From Chamaesiphon sp. (GTDB taxonomy: Bacteria > Cyanobacteriota > Cyanobacteriia > Cyanobacteriales > Chamaesiphonaceae), in the NCBI GenBank assembly GCA_965246715.1, contig CBDFFH010000012.1, forward strand, positions 112,875-176,874: 64,000 nucleotides of DNA, given 5' to 3'. The translations under genes were made by a program, and so were the position numbers. Of this stretch, positions 59,330-64,000 are shown one piece after another. The notes under the pieces are model-generated. The model had not been told where the DNA came from. It saw nothing but the letters and a program-made list of their open reading frames with translations, and did not search any database. Position 1 is the first letter of the stretch; each line of letters begins with the position of its first letter.

Positions 59330-60577
59330 TTATTTTAGATCGTCATTGTCATACTTGCTGCTAATTTGAGTGACGCGCCAACTCAGTTTTGAGTTAAACC
59401 AAAAATTCCACAGAGTCACTAAAACAATGGCGATTAACTTTGCTAAAACATCGATGCGAATTAGACTCTTTAAACTATCGTTAAGATTGAAAAAATTATA
59501 AATAATATTGATAATAATTAGTTGCAGGAGCACTCCCACCGAACAAACTAGATTGAACTTAAAAAACCGCTTGAGCCGCTGTGCTTTGCCTGGCTGTCTG
59601 CGAGAAATATCGGCAAATGTCCACAGGTCGTTCCATAAAAAATTATTAACAATCGCAATTTCTGCCGAAACGATCGCGCTGCGAGTAAGTCCTAATTCAA
59701 AAAATTGTCTGAGGATATTAAAGACTGATACATCTACCACAACACCAGTCAAGCCAACCAGACAAAACTGGATAAATACAGCCGATCGAGATAATCGTAA
59801 TTTTAATAGATGTTGGATATACTCGACATATTGTTTCCAAGTAACTTTACTTTCGCCAGCCTGACGTTCTCGAAACACATACCCAACCTCCGCAATCCAA
59901 TCGATTTTACAGCGACCGACAACTTCAATTAAAATTTTGTAACCGATCGGACTGAGCGTTTTGCCCATGATACTTCGACGGCGCACCATAAAATAACCGC
60001 TCATCGGATCGGAGAGCCGACCGATGACTTCCGGTAAAATCATCAAGCCCAACATCTGCGCGCCGCGCGATAACACGCGGCGAATCCAACTCCATTGACT
60101 CACCCCACCACCTTCGACATGGCGACTAGCAACAGCTAAATCGGCACCCCGATCGATCTCTTGCAGCAGTTGTAATAAAATCTCCGTCGGATGCTGCAAA
60201 TCGGCATCGATAACCCCCAGGATTTCGCCGCGCGCGACTTGCCAGCCCCGAATGACTGCCGTTGAGAGTCCTCGTTCGGTGGTACGGCGCAGCACCCGCA
60301 GTTGGGGATACTCAGAGCATAATGCAGCAGCGATTTTCCAAGTGCGATCGGGACTATCATCATCAACGACAATTAATTCGTATTCGCCAGCGATAACAGC
60401 GTCTAGTAATTGGCTGATAATACTAATAATTGACTCAATGTTTCCCCCCTCATTATATGTCGGCAAAACTAGCGATAACTTCAGATCGTAGCGATCGCGG
60501 CCCGGTAAAATAGTGGTAGCTTCGGCGATTTGGAAAATGCCTGTGGGTGCAGAGACAAGTACATCAGAATATGTCAT
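59330..60577 (-). CDS. GT2 polyprenol-phosphate glycosyltransferase with GtrA domain
   Basis: LPTYNE, VDDDSPD, IDADLQH, DPMSGYF; C-terminal GtrA TM helices. Confidence 0.93.
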   Translation of the reverse strand: MTYSDVLVSAPTGIFQIAEATTILPGRDRYDLKLSLVLPTYNEGGNIESIISIISQLLDAVIAGEYELIVVDDDSPDRTWKIAAALCSEYPQLRVLRRTTERGLSTAVIRGWQVARGEILGVIDADLQHPTEILLQLLQEIDRGADLAVASRHVEGGGVSQWSWIRRVLSRGAQMLGLMILPEVIGRLSDPMSGYFMVRRRSIMGKTLSPIGYKILIEVVGRCKIDWIAEVGYVFRERQAGESKVTWKQYVEYIQHLLKLRLSRSAVFIQFCLVGLTGVVVDVSVFNILRQFFELGLTRSAIVSAEIAIVNNFLWNDLWTFADISRRQPGKAQRLKRFFKFNLVCSVGVLLQLIIINIIYNFFNLNDSLKSLIRIDVLAKLIAIVLVTLWNFWFNSKLSWRVTQISSKYDNDDLK

Positions 60578-60756
60578 GAAGGATGAGACAAAGAGCGGAG
60601 ACCGATATCGATGACAATTGCAAAAACGATTCTTTTTTATGCCCAAACAACAGTCTACACATTCTGGGGATTTAAAGATAAGTAATTTTGCAACGACAGC
60701 AATTGAAGTACGGGTTCTAGACCAACATCCTCGCAGCTCACAGCAAGTCGGAATTT

Positions 60757-62022
60757 TTATGGGGATGTAGATCTAGATAAGCGTACCGGAGCCAGATCGA
60801 TCGGAATTTGACGAGAAGTTGATAAGGCCGTGTTCTTTCCGGTCAAATCCTGAATTTTCCGAATTTTCCAGTTTTTAGGGACTGTGAAAGTTAACTCTCG
60901 CTCGGAGTTCCAGACAATCCAAAATGGTCGCCCTTGCCGCGAAAGATCGCAAATCCAGGTTTTATCGGCATTGGGTTTACATTGTTGCAGTTGCGCCCCA
61001 ACCATCCATTTGTAGATTTGGGCATAGCTTTTAGTAATCGGGGTTGGCGTTTTAGCGTCGCTTTGGGTAAAAAATAAACTTACTGCGTATTTATTATCCC
61101 AGGCATACCAATACAACCGCTGAACTCCACTCGCCCAATTGATAAGGTAGGATCTGGCTACGTATGCCATTGCTTGACGATCGGATTGGAATTTAAATGG
61201 TTTTAACCAGCCTGCTTCGGTATTCCATAACGGTTTGCCGCTCAGGCCAAATTCAGCCATAATTGCTTTGATTTGCCCGATATAATCCGCCAGCTCTTCA
61301 GGGAGAGAAGTTAGCGTCTGCGGATAAAAGTGTTGCGCGATGACATCCGCATATTTGCCCCCACCCTGACGAAAGAAGGATTTTTGCCATTTGAAGTCTG
61401 GCGTACCATTAGTAGCGCCTGGCGATAACACGATGCTCGTGTTATCGACCTGCTTGATAATGGTATAAGCCTCTCGTGCCAACTCCACCATTTTGTCAAC
61501 GCTGCCAGTATAAAACTGCTTTAAGTCAGGCTCGTTCCAAATTTCATAGTAGTGAATTTTCCCTTTATAACGAGTAGCGACCGTCCGGATATAGTTGCGC
61601 CAATCTTTCAACTGTGCGGGTTCTGCGGGCCAACCTGGATTCTCATAGGGCGATTCATCGTTGGGCCGCGCCGAAGCCCAGCGCGGAGTTTGGCCTAATG
61701 TCAACAAAATTTCTACTTTCTTGGTAGTTGCCAGCGCCACATATCGATCCAGTTGTTCAAATTTCCAGGCACCCTGTTGCGGCTCCAGAGATCCCCAAGT
61801 CACACCTGCATCCCATAACCGCCAGCCTCGAAATGGTACGTTCGGCCAGGTCGTGCCAGAATGCTCGACGTGCATGCCAAATAGGCTGGCAGGAATGGTC
61901 TGTTTCGCAGTAATAAGCGCAAGCGGTTGAGAAAACTGTGCTCTCATGGTGGATGTCACCGCTACCGTAAAGATCGTCATTAGTAGAAGCAGCACTACCC
62001 ACCGACGTTTGAATCCCATCAT
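60757..62022 (-). CDS. secreted clan GH-A glycoside hydrolase (GH39/GH5-like)
   Basis: signal peptide; EIWNEPD acid/base and LWNTEAG nucleophile motifs. Confidence 0.85.
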   Translation of the reverse strand: MMGFKRRWVVLLLLMTIFTVAVTSTMRAQFSQPLALITAKQTIPASLFGMHVEHSGTTWPNVPFRGWRLWDAGVTWGSLEPQQGAWKFEQLDRYVALATTKKVEILLTLGQTPRWASARPNDESPYENPGWPAEPAQLKDWRNYIRTVATRYKGKIHYYEIWNEPDLKQFYTGSVDKMVELAREAYTIIKQVDNTSIVLSPGATNGTPDFKWQKSFFRQGGGKYADVIAQHFYPQTLTSLPEELADYIGQIKAIMAEFGLSGKPLWNTEAGWLKPFKFQSDRQAMAYVARSYLINWASGVQRLYWYAWDNKYAVSLFFTQSDAKTPTPITKSYAQIYKWMVGAQLQQCKPNADKTWICDLSRQGRPFWIVWNSERELTFTVPKNWKIRKIQDLTGKNTALSTSRQIPIDLAPVRLSRSTSP

Positions 62023-62178
62023 CGTTATCTGTTTGAGTGAATCTGTGGTTCGATCGGATGACGATGGCCGACTCGGCCACCAAGTTTGGCAGTAAAAACT
62101 AACTCAGTCATCAGAGCGTCCCTACAAGTCGATCGATTTTTGCTAACCCGCAACTTACTCGGGTAGTTGCCACAGCCA

Positions 62179-63369
62179 TTATGTTACGTTGAGAACGCGG
62201 TTTTGACCGTCGAGCACGAAGTCGGCGACTTCGACAAAGGCGGTTGCTGCTGTTACCGATGTAGTTCGCGCGATCGATTGTTGAGCGGATCGTCCCATGG
62301 TCGGAATCAGTTCGGGGCGGTCGAGCAACCGCTGCATTTTATCAGCAAGCTCTTGCGGGTCATTGGGGTCAAAAACATAACCATTTTCACCTTCAACAAT
62401 CAGCTCTGAGACTCCCGCACCTTTAGAACAAATAATTGGTTTACCAAAAACCATTGCCTCGGAAACTACCATTCCCCAGACATCTTCAAAGCTGGGAAAC
62501 ACAAATACATCAGCTTGCTGAAAGTAGGTTCCCAAGCTACCATAATCAACCCAGCCGATCCAATTCACCCGATCTTGCAAATTGTGTTGACTGATATATG
62601 CTTCTAATTCGAGACGCTGCACCCCTGTTCCCACGATCGATAGTGTATAGTCGCGATAACCACTGCGATCGAGCATCGCGAAAGCAACGAGCAAATTTTT
62701 CAGCCCTTTCCGTTGCTTAATGCGACCGACATATAAAAATACCGGGCGTTTCTGGTCTGATTTCACAGCTTCATGCTGTTCTTCAACGTTTTTTAACAAC
62801 GCCACAGCATCGGGTACTAAGTAATTTTCAGTAAAAATTCGCTCTTTGTCAGCTTTTAAAACTTCGATCAGATAATCTCGACCCGAACGACTATTTGATA
62901 AAAATGCTGTAACAGAAAGCGACAGTAGCCAGCGCAAAAACGAACGAATCTTTGAATCTCTAAAATCAGCATTGGGAGAACTGCCATCATAAATGACAAC
63001 AATTTTCCACCGACCTAGCGGCTGAAACAAGACTGCTAATAATGTCCAGACCGAAAAACATTGCGTGAAAATCAGCTGCGGTCTAAATTTTAATAGGTGA
63101 AAAACGATCGTGGGGGAGAGAATCATTAAACCCCGCGCATAACCACCTTCTGTCTGCGAAACTTTCGCAAATTTAAATTCTCCCACTAGTTGAATAACAT
63201 CCGCACCGAGCACAGTGGGATCGAATGCTGGCCATACCTGTGCGGTATAGAAAACTAGGTGCTTAAAGGTCTTGGCTAATTCACTTAATACTGGTTGCCA
63301 GTATGCGCCTAATTCTACTGACGGAACTAAAAAAGCAACTCGGTAGTTGTTGTTATCGGATGGATTCAC
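62179..63369 (-). CDS. GT4 glycosyltransferase
   Basis: YVGRIKQRKGL, DVFVFPSFEDVWGMVVSEAM. Confidence 0.93.
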   Translation of the reverse strand: MNPSDNNNYRVAFLVPSVELGAYWQPVLSELAKTFKHLVFYTAQVWPAFDPTVLGADVIQLVGEFKFAKVSQTEGGYARGLMILSPTIVFHLLKFRPQLIFTQCFSVWTLLAVLFQPLGRWKIVVIYDGSSPNADFRDSKIRSFLRWLLSLSVTAFLSNSRSGRDYLIEVLKADKERIFTENYLVPDAVALLKNVEEQHEAVKSDQKRPVFLYVGRIKQRKGLKNLLVAFAMLDRSGYRDYTLSIVGTGVQRLELEAYISQHNLQDRVNWIGWVDYGSLGTYFQQADVFVFPSFEDVWGMVVSEAMVFGKPIICSKGAGVSELIVEGENGYVFDPNDPQELADKMQRLLDRPELIPTMGRSAQQSIARTTSVTAATAFVEVADFVLDGQNRVLNVT

Positions 63370-63437
63370 TCAAGCATCTCCTAATGGTAAAAATAACAAG
63401 CAAGTGCTGCTGTAAAAACATCCCGATCGACAAAAAA

Positions 63438-64000
63438 TTATTGATATTTACCGATCGATCTCTTCCCAAAGCGATCTCGCATACTAAAGATCGGGAGCAA
63501 CATCAGCCGGAAATAGGGAAACAACCAGTAAATCGGCCATAGTGGCCCCGCATGTCGCTGGGCAAATATTCTCCATTCACCTAAAGGTGGCAGCGTAACA
63601 TCGGTAAAATTCAAACCTTTAGGTTGTCCGATTCTTTGCCATTGTTGGTACCAGGGGAGATCGGCGATTGTTTCACTCCAACTGCTCGGGCGGAGATTTT
63701 GCGAACAGGTGCCGATATAACCTGGTGGAATCCAGACGGTACAGCCCAGTTGCTGCGATCGTAAGCCATAATCTAAATCTCCCATGTAATGGGTAAAAAC
63801 TGGGTCTAAATTACCCACGAGTCGAGCCACCGCTCTCGGAATTAGCACGCAATTGCCATTGAACGTATCACACTGCTCGATCTCCTGGCTGGGTGCCACC
63901 AAGGAGAAGCGGAGCGGCCGCGACCATCGCTCTCGCACCATGCCACCATAGGTAAGAACTCCCGTAGCTAAATCGCGGGTAGAACCGCCGATCGTTGCCC
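63438..64000 (-). CDS. GT2 glycosyltransferase, 3' part (5' end outside the window)
   Basis: FNGNCVLIP, HYMGDLDYGLR; frame appears to continue to the window edge. Confidence 0.85.
   Translation of the reverse strand, partial: ATIGGSTRDLATGVLTYGGMVRERWSRPLRFSLVAPSQEIEQCDTFNGNCVLIPRAVARLVGNLDPVFTHYMGDLDYGLRSQQLGCTVWIPPGYIGTCSQNLRPSSWSETIADLPWYQQWQRIGQPKGLNFTDVTLPPLGEWRIFAQRHAGPLWPIYWLFPYFRLMLLPIFSMRDRFGKRSIGKYQ

Overview
Cyanobacterial chromosomal window. Support: phycobilisome and photosynthesis genes (acsF, hli, nblA, cpcS-type lyase, petF, bvdR, apcF) and a very high density of the HIP1 core CGATCG. Chamaesiphon-like origin is an inference only. Most of the window is housekeeping (cbiQO, ftsH, tlyA, hisG, recA, comEC, pepN, cofH, trmFO) plus the end of an exopolysaccharide cluster (wzc-like gene, glycosyltransferases, clan-A glycoside hydrolase). 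Accessory DNA is interspersed: an intact ISL3 with an 8-bp target duplication splitting a hicA toxin, a deleted ISL3, a group II intron RT remnant, an RtcB pseudogene, several toxin-antitoxin genes and many MITE/REP/heptamer repeats. Two small genes missing from the ORF track were read directly (nblA; a Pmp3/YqaE protein). Best candidates for undescribed biology, all hypotheses: (i) an hli / Rieske-less oxygenase-like gene / ftsH cluster; (ii) a winged-HTH + GNAT-like protein divergent from a ferritin-like diiron gene; (iii) a methyltransferase fused to a HIT domain lacking its catalytic His; (iv) a structured leader RNA upstream of a DUF1611-like gene; (v) a trypsin-TPR gene bracketed by comEC and a partial comEC duplicate. 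No rRNA, tRNA or CRISPR array was seen. Family names come from motif recognition, not database searches.
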